Shown here piece after piece: positions 16,301 through 25,100 of a DNA stretch of 31,220 bases. Source of the DNA: a virus (lineage: Duplodnaviria; Caudoviricetes); IMG/VR virus record IMGVR_UViG_3300030101_003097, positions 1-31,220 of that record; one strand, written 5' to 3'. The notes under the pieces were generated by a model. It was given only the letters and a program-made list of their open reading frames with translations, was not told the origin of the DNA and searched no databases. The stretch's first letter is position 1. Every line of letters begins with the position of its first letter. Made by a program: the position numbers and the translations under genes.

Positions 16301-16788
16301 TCTCCTTTATCGGTAGCCTCTTGAATTTGCGGAAAACTTATCGTTATTTTAGCCGCGTCAACATTACTATTTGTTATTTGTCTTGTTACCGGAGCAGCCA
16401 CAGTAACGGTAGTGCCAACCCCAGTTACAGATGAGCTACTTTCTATACCCGCTATTTTTGTTTGGTTACTCGTACCAAAACGGGGTGTAAAATCAACGTC
16501 TTTAAAATTAAAATCTACATCGGTAGGACTTGCGGAATTTGCGTTTGATCTTAAAACGGGCGTGTCGTTAAGAAAAACATCTTTAAGAGCGGCGTTATTA
16601 TAAGCCGTAGTTCCTTTAGTTAACCCTTCTTTAGATGCTGATGCAAAACCTTCGATTTCGCCTTCACTTATCAAATCTAAGAAAGTTGCAAACTGCCTAC
16701 TATGTAAAGTATCAGGAGTTCTAGTCGGTTGGGGTGGTGGTGGCGGAGAACCTCCTCCTCCGGAACCTCTAATAATTTTTTTAGTCAT
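13387..16788 (-). CDS. tail tip attachment/host specificity protein (lambda gpJ-like)
   Basis: 1133 aa; DLISEGEIEG, RF.CN, ACTSRGQA.RLG motifs, FN3-like segments; M-L-K-I-J synteny. Confidence 0.92.
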   Translation of the reverse strand: MTKKIIRGSGGGGSPPPPPQPTRTPDTLHSRQFATFLDLISEGEIEGFASASKEGLTKGTTAYNNAALKDVFLNDTPVLRSNANSASPTDVDFNFKDVDFTPRFGTSNQTKIAGIESSSSVTGVGTTVTVAAPVTRQITNSNVDAAKITISFPQIQEATDKGDLLGSSVQFKISVQYNSGGFTDVITDTVTGRTADAYQRDYRVNLTGAFPVDIRVSRITPDSTNSSLINAFQWTSIAEIIDDSNTYANSAYAAIRLDSMQFGSIPRRKFRVRGIKVRIPAAGANSSGTPTVDATTGRIVYPEGYIFNGTMGAAVWTSCPAMILLDLLTNSRYGFGDHISDSNLDLFSFVTASKFANTLVSDGFGGQEARFSCNVNIQGSGEAFDLINELSGVMRCMPIWTAGSISLKQDSPASASYLFNLSNVTSEGFNYSGSSLKQRHSVVSVSYFNMDTQEIDFEVVEDANAIAKFGSIIKQVKAFACTSRGQAARLGKAILFAEQNESEVVTFSTSIDSGVVVRPSAVIAIADPVRSGLRRGGKIASVTSTTVLTVDNSANTDLPTANNPVLSVIMPDGTIESKNISSVSGATITVASAFSQTPNVNANWIISNDTVKSQLYRVITVEEVDGINYTITALSYVNEKYAFIEDGASLPTRTVSILNELKDPPNALQAEEKLVVINNQAVSKLIISWQPITGVTQYQVNYRFNNGNFVSNTVSSPDFEIFNTSIGTYEIEVFSFNTALELSATSTNLTFNAVGKTAVPSNVTGLSAEPINEKLVRLRWNLATDLDVTHGGRVYVRHSPLTNGNATFSNSTDLIEALAGNTTTAEVPYLEGEYILKFRDDGGRFSAGETSVIIDLPDNLAPLIAQTRREDLDSPKFQGTKSNVAFDATTNTINLVGGGNFDDITDFDAVGSLDDFGGIVPLGTYDFGGTAGGDTLDLGGVFSLDLKRHFLTEAFYPSDLFDSRGLIDSITDFDGATATEVNAEMLVRVTQDNPSGSPTYTDFQTFANGTYKGRGFQFRAKLTSNDVAQDIKVSQIGYTASIQRRTEQGNVTASGAGQKNITFQHPFFVGTSSILGANSNLPSVGINAQNMVSGDYFLVTNVASTGFTVEFKNSSNASIDRNFTYQAVGFGKG

Positions 16789-17399
16789 GCTCTTACTTGT
16801 TCAGTATCTACGGCCCCGCTTATTACTACCGAGCCAGTAAAAATTTCTCCATAAACTAAAGGAACTGGAGTTCCCGCCCTCGTAGTTTGTTGTGTACCAC
16901 TAAAATTAAAAGATATTCTAGGGTCTTGCTCGCTATTAAAGTCCGGTAATTTTGGAACCGGAAATAACATATCACTAACGCCGGATAATAAAAGTCCGGC
17001 ACCTATACCAAAAGCTGCTTTAGCTCCCATACCGGCGGCAGCAAATCCAAAACCTTTAGCACCAAAAGCTAACGGATTAGCAAAAAGACCTCCTACGCCA
17101 AAAGATAAAGCTATTAATGCTCCGCCTAATAATATTTTTCCTATGCCTCGACCGGCACCTTGTATGACCGGCACAAAATGTATATCCTCTTGTCCTATAG
17201 GGTGGTGTATTTCGTTTTCGTCTATCGAATAATTACCAACTTTAACTTGGTAATATTTAGGATTCATATATTCTTCTATTCCTGCAAAATTATTAATTAA
17301 AAAACTTACGGCTTGACTTAAAGTTTCTACTTTTACTTCAAACTCTTTATGACCAACAAAATTGGCTAACTCTCCGTAAACTTTTATTTTACGCAACAT
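16785..17399 (-). CDS. tail assembly protein (lambda gpI-like)
   Basis: Ubiquitin-like N-terminus ending VPVIQGAG, hydrophobic Gly-rich middle, G.PVPLVYGE..TGSVVIS. Confidence 0.9.
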   Translation of the reverse strand: MLRKIKVYGELANFVGHKEFEVKVETLSQAVSFLINNFAGIEEYMNPKYYQVKVGNYSIDENEIHHPIGQEDIHFVPVIQGAGRGIGKILLGGALIALSFGVGGLFANPLAFGAKGFGFAAAGMGAKAAFGIGAGLLLSGVSDMLFPVPKLPDFNSEQDPRISFNFSGTQQTTRAGTPVPLVYGEIFTGSVVISGAVDTEQVRA

Positions 17400-18090
17400 A
17401 ACGTAACCTCTTGCCGGTACATTTTAAAAGCCACTCCGAGTAAGGCTCTATACAACTTAGTCTATCGGTTAAATGATGTAAAACATCGCCGTCTAAAAAA
17501 ATTGCCACATGATTTAAACCCGAAGTTAAAATAGACATAAATAAAAGGTCGCCATATTTAAGTTTTTCGTCGGGTCTTAATTCTCTAAAACCTGTTCTCC
17601 AAGCACACCTTTCAAACATAGGGTCTTTATTAAAATCTTCTAAGGTAGTGGGTCTTTCCCAATCTTTTAAATTTATATTTAGTTTTTCTTTATAAAAGTC
17701 CCTTACTAGCGTATAGCAATCGTTTACCGCCCACGCCCACTCTCTACCTATTAGGGGAGCTTTATATCCGGAGGGTTCTAAACTACCCCAAGTTTCTGTT
17801 TTAGGATTTACTATATGCCATTTTAAACCACTTTGTTCGCAAGCAACTTTATCGCTTTGACTAGGAACGGGCGGTGTTACGGGGTGGCTATGAACTATCG
17901 CAATAATATCGCCTAAATTATCTCCTTTTACATAATCTTCGGGGTCTAAAATAAAACATTGATGAGCGGTCTGACTTAAATTACCACAAGGAAAATATTT
18001 TTCTTTGCCCCTTATATTTAATAACAGGCCACAGGATTCTTTAGGGTCTTGGTCTTTCGCATGAGCAAGTGCTTCTTCTTTCCAAGTCAT
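17389..18090 (-). CDS. tail assembly protein (lambda gpK-like; JAB/MPN + NlpC/P60)
   Basis: ESCG, HSHP....PSQSD JAMM motif; DCY.LVRD...NH.AI NlpC/P60 motif. Confidence 0.92.
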   Translation of the reverse strand: MTWKEEALAHAKDQDPKESCGLLLNIRGKEKYFPCGNLSQTAHQCFILDPEDYVKGDNLGDIIAIVHSHPVTPPVPSQSDKVACEQSGLKWHIVNPKTETWGSLEPSGYKAPLIGREWAWAVNDCYTLVRDFYKEKLNINLKDWERPTTLEDFNKDPMFERCAWRTGFRELRPDEKLKYGDLLFMSILTSGLNHVAIFLDGDVLHHLTDRLSCIEPYSEWLLKCTGKRLRYVA

Positions 18091-19085
18091 GCTATAAAAG
18101 TTCCTATCGAAGGAAAATCGGCTCTAGTGCATTGTCTTTTTGGAGCTCTAATACCGGCAAGATCAAAAACGGCGGCAAGTTCAAAAGTAACTACTTCTCT
18201 ATTTTCACTAGCTTTTCTATCTATTTTATAAACTTCGCGTGGAAACTCTGCGGTAGGGTCCGGTGTTCCTAAATTATTTACTTGTTGCGTAGATGTAGTA
18301 GTAGTAGTTTGCGTAGTGGTATTAGGATTATTCATAGTAATAGTATTACCCATAGCGTTTCCGTGTACGGTGCAATAATATCTTAAATCCGAAGGAGCGT
18401 CAGGGTAAGGAGGTTGAAAAGTAACCGAGCTGCCGGCGGACCCTTGAGTTCCCGCAACAGTAACGCCTGTTGAATATGAAGCACCCGAATTTTGTTTTAT
18501 TCTTAGCGGGTGTCCACTATTTGAAGAATCTGATTGATCAAAAATATAAGTAGACCCACGTTTCATAGTTATAACGGGGTTGTTAACTCCGTTTAAAAGA
18601 AATATATTTACACCCCCGACATTTGCAACCGTTACCGTATAAGTTACCGTTTCCGCGTCGGCGGGGTCGGCTATAGTAGTAGTCGAGGTAGATGTGGTTG
18701 TAGTTACGGGAAAATTTATATTATCAAGATAGCGGGCAAGGGTTCTTATTCTTGTAACCGTCGCTCCGGTCAAATCATTACCTACGGTAACGGCGTTAAC
18801 GTTTAACAAAATAGCGGTTATAGTTCCTAAAGCATTTGATACCGTAAGGGTAGGGCGTGGAAGTTGCCCTCTTTGATATGCAAAACCTTCAGCTTTTATA
18901 GGAAGTTTTATATAACTATTACCGGCCCAAACAACATCGCCTTGATTATTTAAACTCGTACAATTATGAAACCTATAAGTTTGAGATGAGCCGTGTAAAG
19001 CTAAAGTAGTTTCTAAAGTAAAAAGTTCTATTATCGAAGAAGGATTTATTTTTTGTAAATCGCTAATAATAGGGCCTGTGCTCAT
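18087..19085 (-). CDS. minor tail protein (lambda gpL-like) with inserted cupredoxin-like domain
   Basis: IELF, W.G..Y...PI..EGF, PRPTLTVSN, DL.GA.VTR.RT.A.YLD..NF, IDRK..E....V.FELA motifs; about 140-aa insert. Confidence 0.88.
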   Translation of the reverse strand: MSTGPIISDLQKINPSSIIELFTLETTLALHGSSQTYRFHNCTSLNNQGDVVWAGNSYIKLPIKAEGFAYQRGQLPRPTLTVSNALGTITAILLNVNAVTVGNDLTGATVTRIRTLARYLDNINFPVTTTTSTSTTTIADPADAETVTYTVTVANVGGVNIFLLNGVNNPVITMKRGSTYIFDQSDSSNSGHPLRIKQNSGASYSTGVTVAGTQGSAGSSVTFQPPYPDAPSDLRYYCTVHGNAMGNTITMNNPNTTTQTTTTTSTQQVNNLGTPDPTAEFPREVYKIDRKASENREVVTFELAAVFDLAGIRAPKRQCTRADFPSIGTFIA

Positions 19086-19429
19086 GGCTCAAAAACCTCC
19101 CGAAAAGTAGCAGATATAGTCGCTCGATCTTTTGTATATATATTTTTAGACCATTTATCACAAACAAATTTCATAGCACTAGGTTCTTCTGGCGGGGTAA
19201 AATCAAAACTAGCTTGGTCGTTCGCACGAGCATCTAAAAAAGTTTCAATAGTATCGGCATCTGTTTCGCTTACGTTAAAAGTTAAGTTAAATATTTTTGG
19301 GTTTTGGTTTTGGGCTAACCCAAACATAATTCTATGCTCATAACCGTCGGCAAATCTAACGGTCCTAGTTACCGGTGCATTATTTTTTCTAGTTCCGTAT
19401 GTAGGTTGTATTGAAGGAAAAGTAGCCAT
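19082..19429 (-). CDS. minor tail protein (lambda gpM-like, distal tail)
   Basis: V.F.DGYE.R...G, FLDAR....SFDFTPP, ATFREVFEP. Confidence 0.9.
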   Translation of the reverse strand: MATFPSIQPTYGTRKNNAPVTRTVRFADGYEHRIMFGLAQNQNPKIFNLTFNVSETDADTIETFLDARANDQASFDFTPPEEPSAMKFVCDKWSKNIYTKDRATISATFREVFEP

Positions 19430-21525
19430 TATGCAAGTAAACCTCCGGCACGTTTTTGTTGAACTATTTCAGATTGTACTGCCGCCGCTATAAGACGACC
19501 TAACTCCCGACCCTCTTCTTCATCTCCTTCAACATTACTACCGGTAGCATCAACGCTGACGTTGACCGTTACGGCACCCCCGCCACCTAGTTTGTTATTA
19601 GGAATAACGGTTCCCGCTACGGAAGGAACAAAAAGTTCTGGCCCTTTTTCGCCAACTAAAGCCGCCTGACCAACGGTAGGTCGACCGCCGGCTGCAAAAG
19701 TAGGTAAATTTTTAAATATTCCACTAGAACCTCCAAAAACGGAAAATAAAGCAGTATTTATTCCAAGTCTTAAAAACTGTTTCGCTATATCGTTTAATAA
19801 AGCTTTTGCACTTTCCGCTAAAGATTTTGTTTGCATAACAGCATCAACTAAAGCATCGGAAACTCCCGTAGCTATAGAGTCTCCTATTTTTTCAAAAGTT
19901 TCGGCAAGTTTTTTTGCGGCCTCGTTTGCTTCTTTAATTTTATCTGCCTTTCGTTCTAACTCAAAATTATTTTTCATTAGTCTTTCTAATTCTTTTGCCT
20001 CGTCACCCTCAAATTTTTCTTTCATAGCGGCTATTTCTTGTTCTAATTCCGCCTCTTTACGTTTTTCTTCATTAGCTACTAATAAAAGTTCATTTCTATT
20101 TTTTAGTTTTGTAGCTTGATCTTCTAAAGCTTTTTTCTGTGCCTCAAAAGATTTTGTTATTTCCTCCGCTTGAGCATCTTTTAATCTTTTATTTAACTTA
20201 TCTAATCTTTTAGTTAGAACTTCTACATGATGATTAAGCATCATCGAACTGCCGGCACCGTGAGCAAAAATATCTGAAAGAATATCAAAAACAATATTTG
20301 TTTTCTTAGCTTTTTCATTAAGGTCCGCAATTCTATCTTCAGTTTCCGCTATTTTTGCATTTAACTCAGCAACAGTTCCTTCTTTGAATAATCTATTTAG
20401 TTCTTTTTGTTGATTTACCGTTTTCATTATTTCTACGGCTAAAGCACTAAAAGCTATAACCGCTACACCGATACCTGTTTTAGCTAAAGCTATTTTAAAA
20501 GCATTAGCCGCAGCCGTCGCTTTAGCAAAACCGCCCGCCGTAGCGAATGCCATAGTCGTAGTCATACCTAAAGTACCGTTTGCCGCCATCGCCGCCATAG
20601 ACATAGTCGCAAAACTAGCTTTTAAAGCAATCACTTTCGCACTTACTAAAGCAAAAGCAGCCGTAAGTCCTTTAACACCTAAAGCTAAACCCGCAACTAT
20701 AGCGGTAACTTGACCGGCTTCCGAATCGGCAAAATCCGCTAATGCTCGAACAAATCTAGTTAATAACACCGTAGCGTCTAAAACTACCGGTCCTAATAAA
20801 TCGCCTACCGCGATAGATAATTTTTCTAATTCATTATTTAATATTTTAAAAACCATTGTCGGGTCATCTGCCATAAGTTGTTTTAACATTTCCGAACCGC
20901 CTTCTTCTATTTTCTTAAATGCTTTAACCATTACATCGCCGGTAATTTTTCCTTGTGCCGCCATATCTCTTAGTTGCCCGACCTCTACTCCTAATATTTC
21001 TGCAACCGGTGCTAATACAACCGACATTTGCTCGGCAATACTATTAAATTCATCTCCCCTTAAAACTCCGGAACCTAAAGCTTGCGTTAACTGCCGCATA
21101 GCTCCGGCTTGTTCTTGAGTTGATGCTCCCGACAATATTGCGGCGGTATTAAAACCGTTAAAGATCGTAGCAACATCTTCCATAGAGGTTCCTAACGGTC
21201 CTAAACGTGCTTGTAAATTAGTTACCGCTTCTAGAGCGTCGGTAGCACTAAGTCCAAACTTTCTTTCCGCTTCGGCAGCTAAATTTAGGCTATCTCTAAA
21301 CGTGCCATTTTCTTCAGTTAATAATTTCAGCCTTGTTTGTAGTTTTTCAAAATTAGCAGACGCAAAAACAGTTTGTTTAGCTAAAGCCGTAAAACCTACA
21401 CCGACTAAAGCTGTTTTTAAACCGCCAAACGCTCTTTGTAAAGTATTAGTTTGATTCTGGACACCCTTTAACGCTCTAGTCGCCTGACTCGTATCTACTC
21501 TTAGGGTTACTATACTTTCGGCCAC
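19429..21525 (-). CDS. tail tape measure protein
   Basis: 698 aa, helical; QL.QALGSG.L.GDEF.SI.E tape-measure motif; C-terminal A.GG...VGE.GPELF.P. Confidence 0.92.
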   Translation of the reverse strand: MAESIVTLRVDTSQATRALKGVQNQTNTLQRAFGGLKTALVGVGFTALAKQTVFASANFEKLQTRLKLLTEENGTFRDSLNLAAEAERKFGLSATDALEAVTNLQARLGPLGTSMEDVATIFNGFNTAAILSGASTQEQAGAMRQLTQALGSGVLRGDEFNSIAEQMSVVLAPVAEILGVEVGQLRDMAAQGKITGDVMVKAFKKIEEGGSEMLKQLMADDPTMVFKILNNELEKLSIAVGDLLGPVVLDATVLLTRFVRALADFADSEAGQVTAIVAGLALGVKGLTAAFALVSAKVIALKASFATMSMAAMAANGTLGMTTTMAFATAGGFAKATAAANAFKIALAKTGIGVAVIAFSALAVEIMKTVNQQKELNRLFKEGTVAELNAKIAETEDRIADLNEKAKKTNIVFDILSDIFAHGAGSSMMLNHHVEVLTKRLDKLNKRLKDAQAEEITKSFEAQKKALEDQATKLKNRNELLLVANEEKRKEAELEQEIAAMKEKFEGDEAKELERLMKNNFELERKADKIKEANEAAKKLAETFEKIGDSIATGVSDALVDAVMQTKSLAESAKALLNDIAKQFLRLGINTALFSVFGGSSGIFKNLPTFAAGGRPTVGQAALVGEKGPELFVPSVAGTVIPNNKLGGGGAVTVNVSVDATGSNVEGDEEEGRELGRLIAAAVQSEIVQQKRAGGLLA

Positions 21526-21551
21526 TAATTAAATTAATTATTAATTATATA

Positions 21552-21728
21552 TTACCGGTTTTTTGCTCTTTGCCGCAAAAGTTTCTCTTTTTCGTGTTTG
21601 TTTTCGTAATAAGCAGCCCAGTAAATAAATTCTTCTTCGGTTAAACCTTTACGAAGTTCTTCTACAGTCTTACCTAATTCAGTTGCGAGGAAAAACTCAA
21701 AGTTAAGCCAGTTATTCCTCTTTATACT
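21552..21728 (-). CDS. gpT-like extension of the tail chaperone, reached by -1 frameshift
   Basis: The -1 frame reads SIKRNNWLNFEFFLATELGKTVEELR...EFIYWAAYYE...RAKNR*; it has no ATG of its own. Confidence 0.85.
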   Translation of the reverse strand, partial: SIKRNNWLNFEFFLATELGKTVEELRKGLTEEEFIYWAAYYENKHEKEKLLRQRAKNR

Positions 21729-22069
21729 TTTTTTGCAGTATCTAAATCTAATTTAACTTCAAATAAAAATAACTCTACGTCGTTTAAAACTTTTTCCGGC
21801 AATAATCTTTGTAAGTCGGGAACGTCGGCCATAGAAAAGAATTTGGTACCATCTTCTTTTTCGGCCATTTGACAAAGTAGTTGCGTAGAAACAACAAGAG
21901 CGTCATCAGTATTAGCGGCTTTTTGAGCTTTTTGCCTATCGTATCTAGTAAGGGGCGGAAAATATAAATCTATTTTACTTCCGTTAGGTGTTTCTAATTC
22001 ATACTTACGTCTTTTAGACATTACGTCGCCGTAGGCTTCCGTAAGTAGGTCTATGCCTCTTTTAGTCAT
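21722..22069 (-). CDS. tail assembly chaperone (gpG-like)
   Basis: Position between tail tube and TMP; terminal slippery sequence. Confidence 0.85.
   Translation of the reverse strand: MTKRGIDLLTEAYGDVMSKRRKYELETPNGSKIDLYFPPLTRYDRQKAQKAANTDDALVVSTQLLCQMAEKEDGTKFFSMADVPDLQRLLPEKVLNDVELFLFEVKLDLDTAKKV
21728..21734 (-). other. -1 ribosomal slippery site A AAA AAA
   Basis: GCA AAA AAA GTA TAA at the end of the chaperone gene; canonical G/GT position between tail tube and TMP. Confidence 0.8.
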
Positions 22070-22097
22070 AAATTATTTTTTTAATTACCCTAATCTA

Positions 22098-22520
22098 CTA
22101 TATAGCTGAAGTTATGGCACCTGATGTTATAAACGAAACATTGATAACTTGAGTCTCCCCTAAAGTTGCACCGTATTCCGCATTCGTAATAATACCGGAA
22201 AAACTTATTTTTTTAGCTGCGGTCGCTGAATCCGGAAATAATTCAAACAAGGCATCTGCGGCATCTCCCGTCACTAGAACGTCATCTATAAAAGAACCAT
22301 AATCACTATTTCCGGCAGTATCATAAAGAAGTTCTACAGAACCTTCTCCAGAAATAAGACCACCGACAAAACTTTTAGATGTATCGCCTTGAGCGGTTGT
22401 TTCATGAGTATCTTTGTTAACAGTTAAAGACCATGATCTTGTTCCCGCTACATCGGCTTCAGTACCGGCAGCGTTATGAAACATAATCTTGCCTACATCT
22501 CCTCTAATAGCGGTAGCCAT
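22098..22520 (-). CDS. major tail tube protein
   Basis: SWSL......ETT..GD....F.GGL..G.GS.E, G.IT, V.F..SG.IT pattern; synteny. Confidence 0.85.
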   Translation of the reverse strand: MATAIRGDVGKIMFHNAAGTEADVAGTRSWSLTVNKDTHETTAQGDTSKSFVGGLISGEGSVELLYDTAGNSDYGSFIDDVLVTGDAADALFELFPDSATAAKKISFSGIITNAEYGATLGETQVINVSFITSGAITSAI

Positions 22521-22548
22521 GACTTAAAAAATAATATTTATATTAATA

Positions 22549-22701
22549 TTATCCTTTTTTAGCTTTTTCTGCATCTTTTTTAGAATTTTGTTGCGACTCA
22601 AAATACTTTCTGCATTCGGGGTCCCAATAATTAGCTTCTCTTCTTCCTTTAACGTGTTCGATAGCATCGAGCATTTCTTCGGTAATTTCTAATTTAGGCA
22701 T
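22549..22701 (-). CDS. 50-aa hypothetical protein, not in ORF track
   Basis: MPKLEITEEMLDAIEHVKGRREANYWDPECRKYFESQQNSKKDAEKAKKG*; starts 2 nt after the upstream stop. Confidence 0.75.
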   Translation of the reverse strand: MPKLEITEEMLDAIEHVKGRREANYWDPECRKYFESQQNSKKDAEKAKKG

Positions 22702-22703
22702 AA

Positions 22704-23126
22704 TTAAAGTGATTCAAATGTTTCAAAAGTTATTCGAAGTTGAGTAACAAATTTACCTTCGGGTGCAACCGTAAGTATTTCTGGCCCAACCGCCGCGTCA
22801 AAAATAACACCGGAAACTGTAATTCTATTGTAAAGGTCCCTAAGACGTTTGCAAATAGTAAAATTTACTCCCGACCCTATACCGTCTTCCGTAAATACAT
22901 TTAAAACAATTAAACCTACGATAGAATTATTACCGTCAGTTTGATTCCCCTGAGAAATTAAAGTACCTCCACCAAAACTTACCTCGCATTGAACAAAACT
23001 ATCCTGACTTTTAGAATCAAAAGGCATATTAGAAAATACAACCGGAATAGCCGGACTACTTGCCAACTCTGTAGCTAACCTACTTTCTATAGTTGCTCTT
23101 ACGGTATTAAGATCAGTAGCGGCCAT
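22704..23126 (-). CDS. tail terminator-like protein
   Basis: 140 aa; position before the tail tube; V.F.N..F, G.I...VF...G.G pattern. Confidence 0.7.
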   Translation of the reverse strand: MAATDLNTVRATIESRLATELASSPAIPVVFSNMPFDSKSQDSFVQCEVSFGGGTLISQGNQTDGNNSIVGLIVLNVFTEDGIGSGVNFTICKRLRDLYNRITVSGVIFDAAVGPEILTVAPEGKFVTQLRITFETFESL

Positions 23127-23480
23127 TTAACTCTCCCTAATTATTTTTTTAAGTTGTTGCGGTATATATTGTTGCGTAAGTTGCTTTGCTTGTAGTTCGG
23201 GGAAACCTTTTATAGTACCGCGTCTAGTTCTATATCTACCTTGCCAACTAGGGGGTAAATTAGTCCCGTAAATAACAGGTTCGGCATACTCCACGGGATT
23301 AATAATAGTTCCTTTAAATTTTTGTATATCAGTTTGCCAACCTCTAAATAAATTACCGGTATCTTGCGGGGTTGCTTTTTTTGCTCTTCTAGTCCAATCC
23401 AAAGTTACTTTAGCAACAAGTTTTTGTACCGCTTCGGCCATAACATCATCTATTTGGTCTAACCTTATTTGTCTAGCCAT
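23127..23480 (-). CDS. HK97 gp10-like tail completion protein
   Basis: TP.DTGNL..GW, N..EYA..V.YG motifs. Confidence 0.8.
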   Translation of the reverse strand: MARQIRLDQIDDVMAEAVQKLVAKVTLDWTRRAKKATPQDTGNLFRGWQTDIQKFKGTIINPVEYAEPVIYGTNLPPSWQGRYRTRRGTIKGFPELQAKQLTQQYIPQQLKKIIRES

Positions 23481-23836
23481 TAGGACCTCAAAAATAATTC
23501 AAAATAGATAGCGGTATTTTCTTGCTCTTCGGTCACTACTCTTACTATTTGATATACAACAGAACTAATAACAACTTTATCTTTAGGAGTAGGCGTAAAA
23601 GTTAAATCTTTAGCGGCTACGGTAATTTTTTTATCTTCCGCTTGAATTAGATCATTTACCTCGTTATTATTTACGTTTTGAACTAAACCTTTTATAGTAA
23701 CGTCGGTATTACTTTCACTAACCGTGCCGGTAGACGTATCGTATGCCCCGTTTGTTATTTGTCGTATAGTAACGTCGCCGGTAAGTTTATTAACTACCTT
23801 CGAAGTAACTTTTCTTAGTCCCGAAGTAAGACCCAT
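23480..23836 (-). CDS. head closure / head-tail joining protein
   Basis: G.YD..TG, I...D.K, P...D.V, Y.I..V pattern; synteny. Confidence 0.7.
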   Translation of the reverse strand: MGLTSGLRKVTSKVVNKLTGDVTIRQITNGAYDTSTGTVSESNTDVTIKGLVQNVNNNEVNDLIQAEDKKITVAAKDLTFTPTPKDKVVISSVVYQIVRVVTEEQENTAIYFELFLRS

Positions 23837-24057
23837 TAGACTAAATATGCGATTACGGTTCCGCTATCTAATTTAACGCTCGTAATAACTCCTTCTATAG
23901 CCGTATTACTTTTGAATTGTAAGTCGGTAAGATCGCCGGATATGTTTTCCGCTACTAAAGTATTAATAACAGAATCTTGCAAAGCTTTTATACAACCAAA
24001 ACGACCCGTATGGGCAGCTGTATCGTTAATAATCTTTGCGGCGGGATAGTAGTTCAT
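23836..24057 (-). CDS. small hypothetical neck-region protein
   Basis: 73 aa; TAATG-coupled within the neck module. Confidence 0.7.
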   Translation of the reverse strand: MNYYPAAKIINDTAAHTGRFGCIKALQDSVINTLVAENISGDLTDLQFKSNTAIEGVITSVKLDSGTVIAYLV

Positions 24058-24059
24058 AA

Positions 24060-24620
24060 TTAACTCCTTTTAATAGCTATGTTACTTGGACCGCTAATTC
24101 TTAAACCGGTAAAATACCTTTCGAATAACGGCGGTACTCTATCGGCACCAACGGCACCAAAAAAATTAGGCTCTACGTCTAGATTACCAAGTTTTACTTT
24201 TTTGTAATCCTCTAGACCCGATAATCCTAACCCATCTCTATTGTTGTTTAAATAAACCGACAATATAACTTGAGCTTTTTTAACTTGTTCCGGTATCTCA
24301 TCTTCCGCAAAATAATCTGTAGAAATACGAAAAGGAAATCCAACCGAATAAGTATTGATATAAGTATCAGGTTTTCTTACCCCCTGACGAGGCCACTGTA
24401 ATGCTTGCGTGTTAGTAACTCTCGCACCGATAAATCTTTCACGGTCGATTCTTATCGTTGCGGTATATAACGCTCTATTTTTATTATCATCATTCGACCC
24501 GTCCCAAGCCGATACATCATCATCTAATATTAAGCCTTCGACAATAGCGTTGGCCTCAGATAACGTAACGTAACTATTTGCTGACGCGTTGCCTACCGTC
24601 GCGTTTATCGAGATTGCCAT
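24060..24620 (-). CDS. head-tail adaptor (DnaT-like family)
   Basis: ANSYVTL.EA, AL..AT..ID...F.G, QALQWPR, IP..VK.AQ motifs. Confidence 0.8.
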   Translation of the reverse strand: MAISINATVGNASANSYVTLSEANAIVEGLILDDDVSAWDGSNDDNKNRALYTATIRIDRERFIGARVTNTQALQWPRQGVRKPDTYINTYSVGFPFRISTDYFAEDEIPEQVKKAQVILSVYLNNNRDGLGLSGLEDYKKVKLGNLDVEPNFFGAVGADRVPPLFERYFTGLRISGPSNIAIKRS

Positions 24621-24723
24621 TTTTTACTTTAGGTTTAGTTTTTACTTTTTTTATAAGAGGTTTAGAAGCCACCATTTTGGCAGCTTCTTGTTCCCTCATA
24701 CGCCTAAAGGCGAACATACCCAT
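24574..24723 (-). CDS. 49-aa basic protein, not in ORF track
   Basis: MGMFAFRRMREQEAAKMVASKPLIKKVKTKPKVKNGNLDKRDGRQRVSK*; TAATG-coupled to the upstream gene; overlaps the adaptor 5' end. Confidence 0.65.
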   Translation of the reverse strand: MGMFAFRRMREQEAAKMVASKPLIKKVKTKPKVKNGNLDKRDGRQRVSK

Positions 24724-25088
24724 TAACTAGATGACCCTTTAGAAACACCAAAGTTAATTACGATAGCTTCGGATAAAGATCCCCCTGACACGTTGGAAAG
24801 AGAAATCTTAAAAGAACCCGCCGCTACAGCACTTACGGTAGCTAAGTAGGCACCCGCAGTTCCACCTGATGCAATAGCAATTTGTGGAATGTCGGTTGCA
24901 GTTACCTTATCGTTATTAACTTGAAAAGTAACTTCCGCTGCGTCAGCTAAAGCCGCGTTATTAGTTGTAATAACACCGGACTCAGTGTTTAAAGTAACCG
25001 CCGTACCTTTGTTTGTAGCTTGAGTTACGGACCCACCATTAGTAGGACCAATAAGCTTACCGGCTGTGGCTTCGAAAACAGATGGCAT
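24723..25088 (-). CDS. putative capsid decoration protein
   Basis: Small Ala/Gly/Thr-rich beta protein immediately downstream of MCP; function inferred from position. Confidence 0.55.
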   Translation of the reverse strand: MPSVFEATAGKLIGPTNGGSVTQATNKGTAVTLNTESGVITTNNAALADAAEVTFQVNNDKVTATDIPQIAIASGGTAGAYLATVSAVAAGSFKISLSNVSGGSLSEAIVINFGVSKGSSS

Positions 25089-25100
25089 AATAAATTACCT

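Noticed and set aside
18282-18707. Intein or intron in gpL; Thr-codon tracts as tandem repeats
   Set aside because: No intein terminal residues (C/S...HN) and the frame is continuous; the tracts are degenerate linker codons
21526-21554. All-AT tract as replication origin
   Set aside because: Only about 29 nt with no iterons; explained as a promoter-like spacer before TMP
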